Assembly (NCBI RefSeq): GCF_009914755.1
Contig: NC_060947.1
Source of the DNA: the human T2T-CHM13v2.0 reference genome, Homo sapiens
Direction: 5' to 3' (one strand)
Length of the DNA stretch: 64,000 nt
Shown one piece after another: positions 39,346-54,802 of this stretch. The notes below the pieces were generated by a model, which was not told the DNA's origin, did no database searches, and was given only the letters and a program-made list of their open reading frames with translations. Position numbers and translations under genes: made by a program. The stretch's first letter is position 1; every line of letters begins with the position of its first letter.

Positions 39346-41589
39346 AATGTAAGGAAAGGAGAATTTCACATTTCTGTAAAGCATGGGCCCTATTCTAATT
39401 CAGATGTTACATCCTTGATGTAAAATACAGCATGTTCTTTATTGACATGGTTTTACCCAGGGGAACACAAATTAGAAAACAGTTATTTTGTGAAATCAAA
39501 TACAATCATTTTTGTAGCAAGAAGATCTTTCATTTATTGAAGTGTCATTACTCAAGTGTATATTGTAAAGCCAACAAAAGAGGGAAGGGCTAAAAGTAAA
39601 CTCTTTCATTTCATTCACTCGTAGCAGGTTTATCTTGACATCTTCATTGTGAATTTGGCCTTTCTGTGTCATCTATTTTTTTCTTTCTAACTGGCAATGT
39701 CTGCTGAATGGGGCATAGCAATAATCATTAAGCTTTGATTAAAATGTGGGACTGAGCTCATTAGGAACTGTACATTTCAAATTCATCCAGATTTGCCCCA
39801 AATGACATGAGCAAACAGGTCTGAAGGATTTGTTGAAAAATCTGTTCAGGAGTTGGTTTATGGGCAGTGTCTTACTTTAGCTGTGTACATCTGTATTCAT
39901 TGATAGCATTCCTGAGTGTTGCTAGGATAAAATTGAAAGAATAACATTATCTTTGTAGTGACATCCTAGTGTATCATATACATTTTATATTTTTGTGAAC
40001 CAAGAACCATGCTGTCAATGATATGGAAAACCTAGAGCTTTGCCATTTTTCACATGCAAGAAAATTGTTTCCTTGTAAAGCTCACAATACCTTTGAATTC
40101 AACGTGAGACTTTTTATACAGAATGCGTCTTCTAACTATATACATATTTTCATGAAGATGCTCACCCCCCAGGCACAAAAGTAGATAAATGTATGAAAAG
40201 TTATTTGCATACAACTAATATTTAATTTGCCTTTACTAGTGGAGGATGCACTGTGGGATACCAAGAATAGAGGTCTTCATGAAATTTATAATGTAGTTGG
40301 AGAAATCTACTTTATGCCCATGGAAAATTAATTATTAGTATTGGCTATAAATGCTGAGAACAAAATGGATATTTCAGGAGAGAAGCACTGCTAGAGGTCA
40401 CAGGAAAGTGAATTCGTTAACAAGACAATGTGTGGTAGTAAAATTGAATGAGAATCTTGAGTCTAGAGATCTGGGATTAAGTTAGGGCTCCATTGCTTCG
40501 AAATATGAGAAGACCTCACTTCCCTTAGCATAGGTACCCAAGGCTGTTTGTCCTTTGAATGTATCCTTCTATAATAATATTCTGCTGGACACTTTTCAGA
40601 TCATTTTACTTCTTAAAGTATCACTAATTGAAGGTTATGTGTGTGGCAGACTTTACTAAATACTAGAGAGTAGAGACAAGATACATATCAGAGGAAAACC
40701 ATAAAATACATAATAATCAACATTAATTACCCTCTACTTGTAAAGTCCTCTGACCTTTTTCAAAGGTTATTTTTAAAATTTATTCTTTGGATACAGCATC
40801 TGATCATATTGTTAGCCTCTCTTCTGTCTTCCCCTCAAGTTCTTCCTTCTCTTACCTATTAAGTTTTCCATTCCCATTCCCAAAGTCTCCTCATTTCTAT
40901 GTCAGAGCAATTTAGTTCTACTTTTGACTCCTCCTTAGCCCGTCCTAGCCTTAATCCTGGAGAAGTGTGTGTTCGGGTGGGTGGCAGAGGGGAAATAGCA
41001 ATAGAACTAAAAAGGCAAACAAAGCATGTTTGCCAATGATGGTTCTCAGCATTCTGCAGTCATCTTTTACACACACAATTTTCTTTACCCCCAAAGCGGT
41101 AAATGACACAACTTTGGTTTTAAATACTGTACATGATTGGATTCTTCAGTCAGTTTAATTGAATGGCACTTCACTTAACCCATGAAGTTAACATAAATGG
41201 TGGTCACAAAGTTTAGTAGAAAAGGATCACACTTTCTAGGCTTTTTTTCTTCTTCTGTCATTCTATTCCATGATTTGCATAGTTCCCATCATCCTTTGCA
41301 ATCAAGATATAGACTAAAGTGCATTGAAAAGGTCTTCTTCTTGATTCCAATCCAAATGGAAAATTTCTATATAATTCTTCCCTAGAGATTTCTAAATTAA
41401 AACTTACTCTAGGACATTCACCAGCTGTGCCTACTAGTGTTATCCAAGTCCCAACTTCTTTGATTGTTTTACCTTGTCATGGGATCAGAAGTTGGATGTC
41501 AAAATTGCTTCCTTTAGTCAGTTTGAATAGAGAAGGCAATATAAATTTATAGTACTTTTGCCCATTATTTTTCTCTTTCCCAAGAAATC

Positions 41590-41770
41590 TCATTTAATAA
41601 TCACAACAATTCTATAATGTTGGACCTTTGATTAGTCACATTTTACTAATGAAGAAATCGAAGCTCTGAGCAGTATTTAGTGTCACACAACTGGTAGGTG
41701 GAAGAGCCAGAATTCAAAATCAGGTGTGTCTGAATGCAGAGCCCATACTCATTAATTCTGCCTGTCACTG
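41590..41770 (-). mobile_element. MIR SINE
   Basis: ctcatttaataatcacaacaattct...cattttactaatgaagaaatcgaagctc...gtcacacaactggtaggtggaagagccagaattc. Confidence 0.75.
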
Positions 41771-43094
41771 GATAAGGTGGGAAAGGCTACATGGGGAAGA
41801 TGGCATTTGAGCTTGTTTTTGAATAATAATGAGCAGGATTTTGATATATGGGGACCACATGCAGATGGAAGCCCAGAGAGAACATTTCAGACTGAGAACA
41901 CCACAGGAGGAAAGGCATCATCAGGGGATGATGCATGGTAGAAGTCTGTAGTGACACTTCCAGGAAATTAGTTAGCAACAAGATATTTTTCATCATGAAC
42001 CTAAGATTACTGGTAAGCTATATTTGAATAGCCACTGCCAACTACAGTCTTATATATGATTTTACAGCTTCAGAACTTGGCATATTAAATAACTTCAGGA
42101 CAGCAGATGAGGCTTATAGCTATTTCTTGTTCATAAAAGATGACACTTTGAGTCATGAGGTGAAGTTAAAAAACAGGATTAGTTAAAATCAGAGAAGCCT
42201 AGAAAACACTAAAATTTTAAGGAAAAATTAAATTTTGCTTTATATTAAATTTCATTATAGAGCAAACGAATTAGAGAATTCCAATGTATTTGACAAATAT
42301 TGCCATATTCCCTTATCTAAATGTACTTGATGTGAGAACAATTTTTTTGACATATCATCATCAACACTGGTTTTAACCAGATGTCATTGTTAATGCATGT
42401 CCACTGATATTTTGAACAAAAATGACTAAACTCAAACATTTTATTAATGATTGTGAGCTATCATCATAAACTTCAATCATTTTTCCTGGTTATTATGCAA
42501 TGATGGTTTGTCTTTATATTAAGTAGCCTCAGAAAATATCCTTTACTTTTTTCCATGACATATTTATGATTTTCCTGTATTATTCATACTAGTCAGGCTG
42601 TCAGAATGCTCTCTTTACAACCCCCGTCTACGTTCGATCTACTGCAGCTTATTAAAGCTTATTATAATTCTGTCTAATGTTAAACTGGCTCTGAATAAGA
42701 GCCTAGAATGTTCCTTCATGAATAAACTTCCTGACATTTCTTTTGGCTACTGAAGGTTTTTGCTTGTTTGTCTGTTTGTTTACATCCGATTTTCATTTGT
42801 GTTCTGAATACCTAAGGAAGCTAGGGATGTGGCAGCTGGAATTGTTATAGGTATTCAAAAGTAGAATTGTTACAAATACTTTTAAGAAAAGCTATAGCAG
42901 AGAATCCTTTCAAGGAAGGCACAAGAAATAAAGAGAATGACTATTTTATGTGTGTTTCATATTAAATCAGCTCTGAAGCATTATAAAGTAATGTTTTTAA
43001 ATCATAAATTTAAAAACGTTTAAAAGTCATGAAATAAATATAGAATATGTATCATGTGAAAATAGGAAAACGTAGCACCATATTCCAAAGGTAG

Positions 43095-43345
43095 TCCAGC
43101 ACCTTTGGTTAAGAGCATGCACTCAGGAAGCCGACTCACTAGATTTAAAACTGGGCCTCTCTACTTTCTAGCTATGTGACATTGAAAATGTCACTTCACA
43201 TCTCTAAGTCTCAGATTCCATATCTGTAAAATGGGTTTAATTTAATAGTACTTTTCTCTTAGGCTTATTGGGAAGATGAAATTATTCAATATATATGTGT
43301 ATGAAACAAATAGAATATCACTTGGTATGTAGTGAATGTACATTT
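43095..43345 (+). mobile_element. MIR SINE
   Basis: tggttaagagcatgcactc...tagctatgtgacattg...tctcagattccatatctgtaaaatggg. Confidence 0.8.
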
Positions 43346-43444
43346 AAATTAAGCCCTTGGAAACCCAAGAGCTGTTTTACATTTTCTTTTGTCTGTCCTT
43401 CTAATCTTTAAACAAAGTCTGTTCTATGCAATTTATGTAATTGT

Positions 43445-43575
43445 AAAACATTATAAGCTCTATGAAGTTAGGGATATTGCCTGTCTTGTTTGTGACTTTA
43501 ATTTGGTGCCTAGCATAGTGCTTGGGAGAGCGGCAAAAGCCCGGTATATATTTGCTGAACAAATGAATGAATGGA
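43445..43575 (+). mobile_element. LINE-2 3' end
   Basis: ataagctctatgaagttaggga...gtgcctagcatagtgcttgg...atatttgctgaacaaatgaatgaatg. Confidence 0.75.
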
Positions 43576-44059
43576 TTATGGTTGAAAACTCATTTTAGGT
43601 GTACTACAAGATGTTGCTGTTATAGACAGAGTAGAGAAGTTAGTTTTGCTATACCAAAATGTAAAGTGTCAGTGCTGGCACGGCCAGATTCAATTATGAT
43701 GAACTTGGTGATAAATGCCTTGTTCTTTGGAAGACTATTCCTTGGTATTTAACTTGGCCCGATGATGTGTTAATGCCAAGAGTATGATGAGCTAGCAGCC
43801 ATATTATAACAAAATTATTCATTTTGATAAAATAGATGAAAACAGTACAAGTAAATTATGTAGGTTCTGTTTGACTTAAAATATTCCCAATATATAGGGA
43901 AAATTTTGGGAAAATACATTGAAAATTACAGTACATGGAAATTTTTAGGCTGTTTCTGTCTGATATCAACACAATTTGCTGAAGAGTGTTTCTTTTTAGT
44001 CACTCAAATGTATTAACATATCTGCCTATCAAAGTACCACAAATAGTTAAAATCATAAA

Positions 44060-45020
44060 AACAAGCCTAAACAATTTTGCCATGTATATAAAATCCAAGG
44101 TATAAAATCTTAATAAAAGATTTGTGTAAGAAAAAAAAAGCTCATATAGAGAGAAAAAAATGGGCAAAAGATATAACAGGGAGATACAAAATAGAAACAC
44201 AAATGGTCAATAAATCTCACTAGTAATAAAAATGCAAATTAAAACAAGAGATACATTTTCTCCTCTATGGAATTGGCAGGGTTTTTAATGACAAGTATTC
44301 AATGCTGACAAAATCATGGGGAAGTGAGCACTCTTACACCCTGCTGGTTGTTGTGTAAATTATGACAATCAGGCTGCAGAGCAATATAGCAAAACTAAAC
44401 ATCTAAGAAATGTTCATACCCTTTGTCTCAACAATTTTACTTCTAGCAATATATTGTATAAAAACAAGTGGACATGTAGGCACCTATAAATGTGCAAGGG
44501 TATTTATCATATAATTTTATTCTAATATTGAAAAAAAGCGAAAACAACTTAGATGTTGGTTTGATTGCCTTTGGACTAGCTAAATAAATTGGGATGTGTT
44601 ATGTTCCAAAAATATCATATAATAACAAAAAGTTTGTAGCTGACATTTATTAATTATTTGCTACTTGTCTTATTTGCATTATTTCATTTACTCTTTATAA
44701 CAGGAGTAAAGGCTAATTATTTTTCCGTATTGTAAATGAGAAACTGGATAAACAAAAAGAACAAATGATTTGCCTCCAGATTCAAAACTGGGTCTAGTTA
44801 AGAACCCAGGCTCTTAATACTATACGATAGTACAGATATCTGGTAGCTTAGAAAAAAGTGAAAGAGCAGGTTGCCAAATAGTACATAGTTATGATATTAT
44901 TTTTTATTGTGGCTATCAGTATAGGTATATAATTGGGTAGTGGGGTTATAAGGGATTTTAATGTCATACTTTTGCACATATATTTTCTTCAAAAATATGT
45001 TTGTATAATTTTTAAGGTTA
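44060..45020 (+). mobile_element. Decayed L1ME 3' region with an embedded MIR piece
   Basis: aaaatgggcaaaagatataacagg...aaaatgcaaattaaaacaagagatac...gcactcttacaccctgctggt: old ORF2 C-terminus. Confidence 0.65.
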
Positions 45021-45182
45021 TATTTTGAAATAAATTTACTTGCTAAACTTAATTACTGTGTCCTTAAAATCCTATTTAGGAACTCAATAAAAATCAAAGA
45101 ATGTTCTAGGACTAGAAAGAAGTGTGTGTACATGTGCATGCACGTGTGTGCATACTGCAAGTATTGTAATGGAAACTAGTAA

Positions 45183-45486
<304 letters not shown>

Positions 45487-47025
45487 ATAAGCTTACTTTC
45501 TTATTCAGTAGCTAATAATTTCCAGTAAGATTATTTCAATAATTGAAATTGAACAGAACAGCTCTATTCTATGACTTGTAAAAAAGATGTGGCAGAAGTG
45601 AATATAGTTAATTGGAGTATGATTTTACATAGTCAACACTGGACTCTGTTTCCAATTTGTCCAATGTTTACCAGAATCTGAATATAATAATGTCATAATA
45701 ATGATAATAGTGAAATCACTGTCTCTCTTTTGATAATTTAGTTGCCGAAGAGATCATTGTAACATTTAATTCATACATTTGTCAATTCGTGTTTATGTAG
45801 CATCTGCTCTGTGCCAGATACAGAGGAATAGAGACATGATCTCTGCCCCTATCAGGCACACTTGTCTGGTGATAAAAAGGCAAACCTATCATTTAGTAAA
45901 ATATATATTATAGAAAATTGAATAGAGATCAAATGAATGACATTCATTTTTCTATTCTGATATGGTCATTGCGTGCCAAAAAGTATCCTAGATACCGGAG
46001 AACACAACAGCAAGTAAACATCGTTTTTTATCCCAAGTGCTCACAGTCTAGTAGGGTAATCACAAAATGATGAACAAAAAATAGGTTTTGTAAAAGGTGT
46101 GGTAGAGCTTGTACTAATTGACTCGATGGGAGAAGAGCTGAAAAACATTTGTTTCACCTTTGCCAAGCAGAATGTTCTGAAATGAGAAAACTGTCCTCTT
46201 GAAGATATTTCTGAAAGCAGTTACTATTTACTGGACTCACTCTCCTTTCATTTTGTTGGCTTGATACGATATACTTGGGACCAACTCTCTACCAAGAGTG
46301 GTCATATTTTATGTAAAACTTTGGCAAATTTCAACAAACCACCTCTCTGTTTGCTGCAAAAGCTGCAATCAGGCAAAGCATGTAATATTATTGCCTGCTG
46401 TATTTCAACACCATGTCCATGCGTTATTACTTAAATCTGTGCCAGGTTCTCCTCTTCACATTCCACAGCTGCCAGTGGAGATAGCACAGTATCACAGTTA
46501 TGTAGTCCAAAATGTTCCCTTCAATCTTGAAATCACTGAAGCATTTCCCTCTTGGAGTTAGAAAGTTAAAAGCAAAAGCAAAAACAAAAAAAAAAAACCA
46601 TGTTAGTAACGCCGGAAATCAGTCATATACGTGGGCTTGACCTGGTGATCTAACACCTAGACTTTTAAGCTAGAACTGTAAGATGCACAGGACTTCTTCA
46701 AGAAACTCTTTAGGAAAACCCTCAGTCACAACATTGGCTATATGAGGCATGAGAAACAATGGCATTGAGGGCTAAATTGCTCCATTTGGAGATGTTGTAT
46801 GCAAATCAAGACTCCCCCACCATTACTGACCATCTCTGCTCCTTCCTGCAGATCTCAGCTATTGCTTCTAAACCGTGAAATAGTTGTGATGATGAGTTAG
46901 AAACAGAAAACAAAATAAAAATTATTTACATCGATATCATTTGTTGTATGAACTATTACAAGAGGAACACTCTCACTTCCTCTAGTCTTGCTTTATCTCC
47001 TTGCCATCAGAATGAGCTTATTTTC

Positions 47026-48695
47026 TTTTTTTCAACTTTTATTTTAGGTTCAAGGGTACACATGCAGGTTTGTTATATGGGTGAATGCATGTCATAAGAG
47101 TTTGTTGGACAGTTTATTTCCTCAGGCAGGTATGAAGCCTGGTACCCAATAGTTATTTATCCTGATCTTCTCCCTCCTCCCACCCTCCACCCTCCGACAG
47201 GCCGCAGTGTATGTTGTTCGCCTCTATGTGCCCATGTGTTCTCATCATTTAGCTTCCACCTATAAGTGAGAATATGTAGTATTTATTTTTCTGTTCCTGC
47301 ATTACTTTGCTATAGATAAGGGCCTCTAGTTCCATCCATGTTCTGCAAAGGACATCATCTCATTCCTTTATTTTATGGCTGCATAGAATTCCACAGTGTA
47401 TATGAACTTTTTCTTTATCCAGTCTATCATTGATGGGCATTTAGGTTGATTCCAAGTCTTTTGTATTGTGAATAGTGCTGCAATGAACATAGGGGTGGCA
47501 TGCGTATTTAGGATAGAATGATTTATATTCCTTTGGGTATACACCTAGTAATGGGATCGCTGGGTAGGATGGTAATTCTGTGTTTAGCTCCTTGAGGAAC
47601 TACCACACTGCTTTCCATACTGGTTGAACTAATTTATATTCTCACCAACAACATATAAGCTCTCTCTTTTCTCCACAACCTCGCAGCATCTGTTATTTAT
47701 TTATTTATTTGTTTATTTTTTTACTTTTTAATGATAGTCATTTTGATTGGTGTGAGATGGTATCTCACTGTAGTTTTTATTTGCATTTCTCTAATGATCA
47801 ATGATATAGATTTTTTTCATATGCTTATTTGCCACATGTAGACCTTTGTCAGATGTATAGTTTGCAAACATTTTCTCCCATTCTGTAGGTTGTCTGTTTA
47901 TTCTATTGGTACTTTATTTTGCTGTGCAGAAGCCCTTTAGTTTTAATTAGATCCCATTTGTCGACTTTTTCTTTTGTTGCGATTGCTTTTGGTGTCTTTG
48001 TCATGACCTCTTTGCCCATTCATGTGCCCAGAATGGTATTGCCTAGATTGTCTTCCAGGGTTTTTTACAGTTTGGGGTTTTACATTGAAATCTTTGATCT
48101 CTCTTGAGTTGATTTTTGTATATGGTGTAAGGAAGGGGTTCAGTTTCAATCTTCTTCCCATGGCTAGCCAATTGTCCCAGCACCATTTATTGGATAGCGG
48201 TTTCTTTCCCTATTGCTCGTTTTTGTCAGCTTTTCCGAAGATCAGATGGTTGTAGGTGTGTGGCCTTATTTTCAAGCTCTCTATTTTGTTTCCTTAGTTA
48301 AACTATGTTTCTGGCTTTGTACAAGTACCATCTTGTTTTGGTTACTGTAGCCCTGTAGTATAGTTTGAAGGTGGGTAGCATGATGCCTCCAGCTTTGTTT
48401 CTGTTTTTGCTTAGGGTTGCCTTGGCTATTCAGGCTCTTTTTTGGTTCCATAAGAATTTTAAAATATTTTTTCTAGTTCTGTGAAGAATGTCATCAGTGG
48501 TTTGATAGGAATAGAATTGAATCTATAAATTACTTTGGGCAGTATGTTCATTTTAGTATTGATTCTTCCTATCAATGAGCATGGATGTTTTTCCATTTAT
48601 TTGTGTCATCTCTGATTTCTTTGAACAGTGTGTTGTAGTTCTCATTGTAGAGACCTTTCACCTATATGGTTAGCTGTATTCCTAGGTATTTTATG
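47026..48695 (-). mobile_element. 5'-truncated LINE-1 (L1PA8-10-like)
   Basis: caacttttattttaggttcaagggtacacatgcaggtttgtta...gctgtattcctaggtattttat; candidate TSD cttattttc (47017-47025 / 48700-48708). Confidence 0.92.
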
Positions 48696-48739
48696 CCTTC
48701 TTATTTTCAAATGTATTTTTCAGACTGGTAAAATTTTCA

Positions 48740-49145
48740 GACTCATCAATCCATTTTCCTGGGCAATAAAGTTCAAAGTTTTTGTTGTGTTACACAAAGT
48801 CCTTTATGATAACATCTCCAGCCATAACTCTCACCATTCCGTTTCTTGCACCACAGACTCCACCTACCTCTCTATTTCTGGGACAACTTACCTAGCATTT
48901 ATTAGTTAGCTTTATCATTAATTTATGCCCATTCCAAATAAAGGTAATCTTTTGACCTTTGTAACTCTACTCTCTGTCTACACTAATTTAACACATTTAT
49001 TTCTGAAACATTGATATTCTCTATTAAACTAAAAGCTTCTTAATGGGAATGTCCCCCCACCCAGTATCTTTAAAAAATTCTCCTAGCATTGTACCTACAA
49101 TATCGTTGGTACTCAGTAGATTTTTATTGGATGAATTAATAAATG
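48740..49145 (+). mobile_element. LINE-2 relic
   Basis: aataaagttcaaagtttt...cctagcattgtacctacaatatcgttggtactcagtagatttttattggatgaattaat 3' end. Confidence 0.55.
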
Positions 49146-50658
49146 CCCTGAGAAAATATTGATAGAATCCAATGATTTGGCATAAAATGATGCCCATACA
49201 GAGAAAGAATGAAAAATGTTTGAATTTGTTCTGTGTAAGCAAAACTCTGATGAAAAAGAGGTAAAGGTCATATTAGAGTGTGTTAAGGCAAAATATAGTC
49301 CTTTGAGAAAAATTAAAAATGTAGTATGACAGCCAGAGAAAATAGACTGTAATAGCCCTATTTATCTAAAACATAAATGTTTTCATGTTTAGAAAAAAGA
49401 ATTTAAAGAATAATGGTTTGGGAAAATAGTGAAAATAATTGCTGCATATTACTAAGGAAGTAACAAGAACTGATCATCTGGCAACTGGAACTCAGCTCAA
49501 AGCTTATTTTTCTTCACACAATGCAATTTTTCTGATGTTATTATGGCAGGATATTCCAAAATGATGTTCTCTCTATTAAATACCACATACACGTAACAGG
49601 GAAATCCACTTCACTCCTTTAAATGCTTTGGTATAATAAGGTTGGGGTTCTAAAGAAGAAACTAACTCTTTGTGAAGAGAAAGGAAAACCAGCATTTTTT
49701 TTCCTCAAATATTGGTGAATAGAGCCACTGGTGAATTGTGCTGTAAGTCCCCAAAAGATAAGTTCCTGTCTCTGTGATGCCTGCATTCTAACACCAAAAC
49801 AAATGAACAAGTTTCAAAGGTGATATTTTAAAGTTCTTATTGTACGCTTCTCTCTTTTGTTGGTACTATTTGTGAATGCACAGTTGACTGCCTCCTAAAC
49901 TGGAGTACTTCATGGAGAACTTCGAGTGCAGGAGGCTACCCAGCATGTAAATAAAAGCTGGCAATGCTCACAAAGAATAGTGAGCAATGTTCTAAACCTG
50001 ACAGTGGGTTTACCGGATGGAGAAAAGAGAGAGGACTTGATCTGGATTTCACAGAAAGGGTCTGAAGAACAAAGGAGCCATTATTTATCCTGACCTTCAG
50101 TTCAGCATCAAATATTGACAACACATCTATTTTATGTCATTCACAGTATGTGTGCCAAGAGTAGAGATAAGCACTATAAATATATCCATTGAACAACTTC
50201 ATGCAAAGTACTGTAGAGCAGATGTGTTGCCTAAAAGTCTTGGAATTACCTATGTACTAGAATAAACCCCAACTAGGCCATGGTAAATGAATTTAGGAAA
50301 CAAGTGTTTATCTATTACTCAACAAAAAAGCATTAAATATATACTATAAATAAGCAAAGCATTGGTAAGTAATGTGAGAAATACAGGACAAAAATGTTGA
50401 CAACAATAATTAAACTCAAATTGCCAAGCTACCACTTGTGCAAGTCCAATCAATGCTAGATGCTATAGACTTGAGGCTGTGAGAAGACTGGGAGAGTCCC
50501 TTCCTCCAGAGAACTCATGCCTTTATGCTTACCTTATTATGAAGAGACAGTCATCCATTAATTTCACAATAATTTATTGAACACTTACTATTTTAGGCTC
50601 TGAGAATTCAGTAGTAAACAAAGTAGACAAAAACCTTGCCTTCCTTCTAGTGGGAAAA

Positions 50659-51656
50659 TGTAGGGCCCAGCCCCACAGGGTCGGTGGGTCTCTCCCCGTG
50701 TGCAGAGATGAGAGAGTGTAGAAATAAAGACACAAGACAAAGAGATAAAAGAAAAGGCAGCTGGGCCCGGGGGACCACTACCACCAAGTCGCGGAGACCG
50801 GTAGTGGCCCCGAATGTCTGGCTGCGCTGTTATTTATTGGATACAAAGCAAAAGGGGCAGGGTAAAGAGTGTGAGTTATCTCCAATGATAGGTAAGGTCA
50901 CGTGGGTCACGTGTCCACTGGACAGGGGGCCCTTCCCTGCCTGGCAGCCGAGGCCGAGAGAGAGAGGAGACAAAGAGAGAAACAACTTACACCATTATTA
51001 GAGACTTTTAGTACTTTCACTAATTTGCTACTGCTATCTAGAGGGCAGAGCCAGGTGTACCGGATGGAACATGAAGGCAGACTAGGAGCGTGACCACTGA
51101 AGCACAGCATCACAGGGAGACGGTTAGGCCTCCGGACAACTTCGGGTGGACCTGACATCAGGCCCTCCACAAGAGGTGGAGGAGTAGAGTCTTCTCTAAA
51201 CTCCCCCCGTGGAAAGGGACCGGGAGACTCCCTTTCCCGGTCTGCTAAGTAGCCAGTGTTTTTTCTTGACGCTGAGGCTACCGCTAGACCACGGTCTGCC
51301 TGGCAACAGGCGTCTTCCCAGATGCTGGCATTACCACTAGACCAAGGAGCCCTCTGGTGGCCCTGTCTGGGCATAACAGAAGACTCTCACTCTTGTCTTC
51401 TGGTCACTCCTCACTATGTCCCCTCAGCTCCTATCTCTGTATGTCCTGGTTTTTCTGGGTTATGATTATAGAGCAAGGATTATTATAATATTGGAATAAA
51501 GAATAAGTACTACTAACTAATGATTAATTATATTCATATATAATCATATCTAAGATCTATATCTGGCATAACGATTCTTGTTTTATATTTTATTATACTG
51601 GAACAGCTCGTGTCCTTGGTCTCTTGCCTCGGCATCTGGGTGGCTTGCCGCCCACA
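50659..51656 (-). mobile_element. LTR13 (HERV-K13/HML-4) solo LTR
   Basis: Minus strand starts tgtgggcggcaagccacccagatgccgaggcaagagacc and ends ggctgggccctaca; perfect 6-bp TSD ggaaaa (50653-50658 / 51657-51662); inserted in an L2. Confidence 0.95.
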
Positions 51657-51697
51657 GGAAAAGATAAGCAAATAGCTTGGCAAAATATGTAGTGTGT

Positions 51698-52000
<303 letters not shown>

Positions 52001-54802
52001 TCATTCTGTGACATGTAGGGAAAAATAAAGTAAGGAATGAAGAGAAATGCAGGTTGGAGGCTTCCTCTCAGCCCCAGAGGCATAGGTAGGTTAGAATCCT
52101 GAGCAGTCCTGGTCCTCTTGTGATAGTTATTGTAAACCAAACTAATGGGCATAAAGTCATTTGTTTTGATGATCATCAGCTAAATGATCAAATGAATGTT
52201 GACAGTGAAGGGAGGGGTTATCACGAGATATGCAAAGATTTCTAGGGCATCCTTTCAGTTCTTCTAACTATGCGGAGTTCTGAGACAGGGCAATTGTAAC
52301 TAGATTAGCAATCATCTGCTGGACTTCTGCTATGAAGTCAGGAGAAGCTTTGAGAGGAATGCCCTGATCCAGATCCCACCGAAAACAGGGATTCCCTCTT
52401 TGTCAAATTCAAAATGTCTGGAGGATAGAATATTAAGTATAAAACTGCAATGGCAGTTTTCTCAGTGTGGTTTTTTACTAATATTATTTAATTTAAAATG
52501 TTCAAACTTCAAATTAATATGTCTTCAAATTATAAAGTGGTCTTTAACTGAGGCAAGAATAGGGTCACAGAAACTAGATATTACCTTGAAGAGCAGAGCC
52601 AAGGACAGGCTACTGCTATGCTTCCAAGAGTCCTTGCTGACAATGAAAATAACCATCACTAGACTTGATAGAGGATTTTTACATACTCCTTTTCTGTAAG
52701 AGAAATCTATTACTAAAATTGGATCAACAAAACCCATAATTTATGCTATCTAGTCTCTGTACACACTAAGTCCATGATTATGGAAATAAGTCTCAGGAAT
52801 CAGGTTGGTGAAATCAGAAATTTCATTCTACATCAAAGCTCACCCAAAGTTGACAATGTAAGAAGAGAAACAAGATGTGTAACCAAGTAACTACAAAGCA
52901 ATAGGTTGCCAGTGTCAGGATATCTTTTTGAGCAGCAGCAGTGTTTTGGAGCCCTTAAAAAACTTCAAAGCAGTCAAATACCCTTGAGGTTTGCTTTAAC
53001 CTGGGAGACTTTATTATTCTCATGATACTGTTTTTGGAGCAAAGTTGTCATTCATGAAGCTGCCACAAGAAAGATAAAGCAGGCAACAACTTAGGATTAT
53101 TCAATAATGTAGCTTATTGACCAAGGTTTATGAAGTTCCAAGAAATTATTTGTTCTACATTTCACAATCTTTTCTCACTTTCAGACCCCACATAACACAC
53201 TACCATAATCCCTTCCATTATTGGGAAGGATGAGATAAATCTGTGTACCACTGCAACTTTAAAGCCCTTAGTTAAGAAATATTTGCTGTCTGCCCATAAG
53301 CACCTCACCTCTGACTATCTTCTAGTAATCAGCACTCTAGTTTTCTGGGCTGTTCTAGACATCTTGGCACTTGCATCTCTTCTCCATGTACTGAATGGTT
53401 ACATAATTAGAGATAGCCTACATATTAACTCGAAAAATTGTGAAAAGAATTACAGACAAAAGTAGGGTGGATTATGGGATAATGTTTTAATATTACTGGT
53501 TAAGGAAGTACAAGTTAGAAGGTTACAGTATTGCCTTATCCAAGAAGAAATGACCGCAGACCTATGATGCTTAGTGAGGTGTATAGAATTCTCTTCCAGT
53601 TTAGATTGGAAAGACACTAACAGTAGATGGTTTGGACTTGTGCCAAATGAAAAATCCACACCTTGTGTCCAGGAATGATATGGCACTAACACCTTTGAGA
53701 AGCTTTAGGCTTTTATCAGGTGGAAATGGTAGAGTCAGAGTGACAGTAGGGGCATGAATTGGGGAGGAAGTGATAAGGTTATGTCAGACAGGAGTGTTCT
53801 GACAAAAAGGCATGGAGGTATAAAGGTACAAATCATGTCAGAAGACAGTAATTTGATCAGTTTGCTGGGGGTAAAGTTGCAAACAAATGAACAGTTAAAA
53901 ATGAAATTGGAAGTGTAAATTAGGGTCAGTTGTATGACTCTGAATGGTCAAAGATTGAAAACTAGATCTAATATCTTCACTTATAAGTAATGAATGACAG
54001 ACTTGAGTTTTGAGCCTTATTTATTATTACACAGGAAATATCATCATCTTTTCCAAACAAAAGTTACCTTCAAAATTTGCTTTGGATACTAGAGAACATT
54101 GATCTCAGAAGGTACTATTCCTTTTGTGATGGGTGTCTATATTTTCACATGTAAAATGTACTCTCTCTAGAATAACCAATGATGATATTATAACTTTATA
54201 TGTGTAATTACTACCGATGGTTTCAAAACGTTTTCCATCACTTTAATATCCTATTTGGAGCTCACGAGAATGTCCATGGAAAATACCAACACAGATTTAT
54301 TAGAGTGAGACTGGAAAACTAACTTTTACTTTCAAATGGGTAACAAGGCCATTCTGTCATTAATTCTCCCCATGAATACTGAACTAATCTAACTCTCAAG
54401 AGTACTATTAATTGACAAGCACACAGTGACAGAATGTGTTATCTGTTTTTTGAGTTAATTTGTATTGATCCAAAAATATGTCAGTGGAAACTGCTGTTGC
54501 AAAACCGTCTCCCTCAAACTGCTGATGACTTTTATGTCAAGATTTCTAAAGATGACATCCTAAAAAATAAAATATAAAATTCCATGACTTTTAAATGAAA
54601 AAAGTCCTCTTTTGATAAATTGTGTGTATCAAAATGGCCTAAGATTGTCCAAGGATGTCTTTATGCATAATGAACTGGAAGTCTGAGAAAGAGAAACTCT
54701 GGTTTGTTTCTCTCTTTTTTTTGTATTAGAGAATAACTGTAACCATTTTCATATAAAAATGATTCTAGGTTGGGCTGTATACCACTAACTGATTTTTGTG
54801 CA

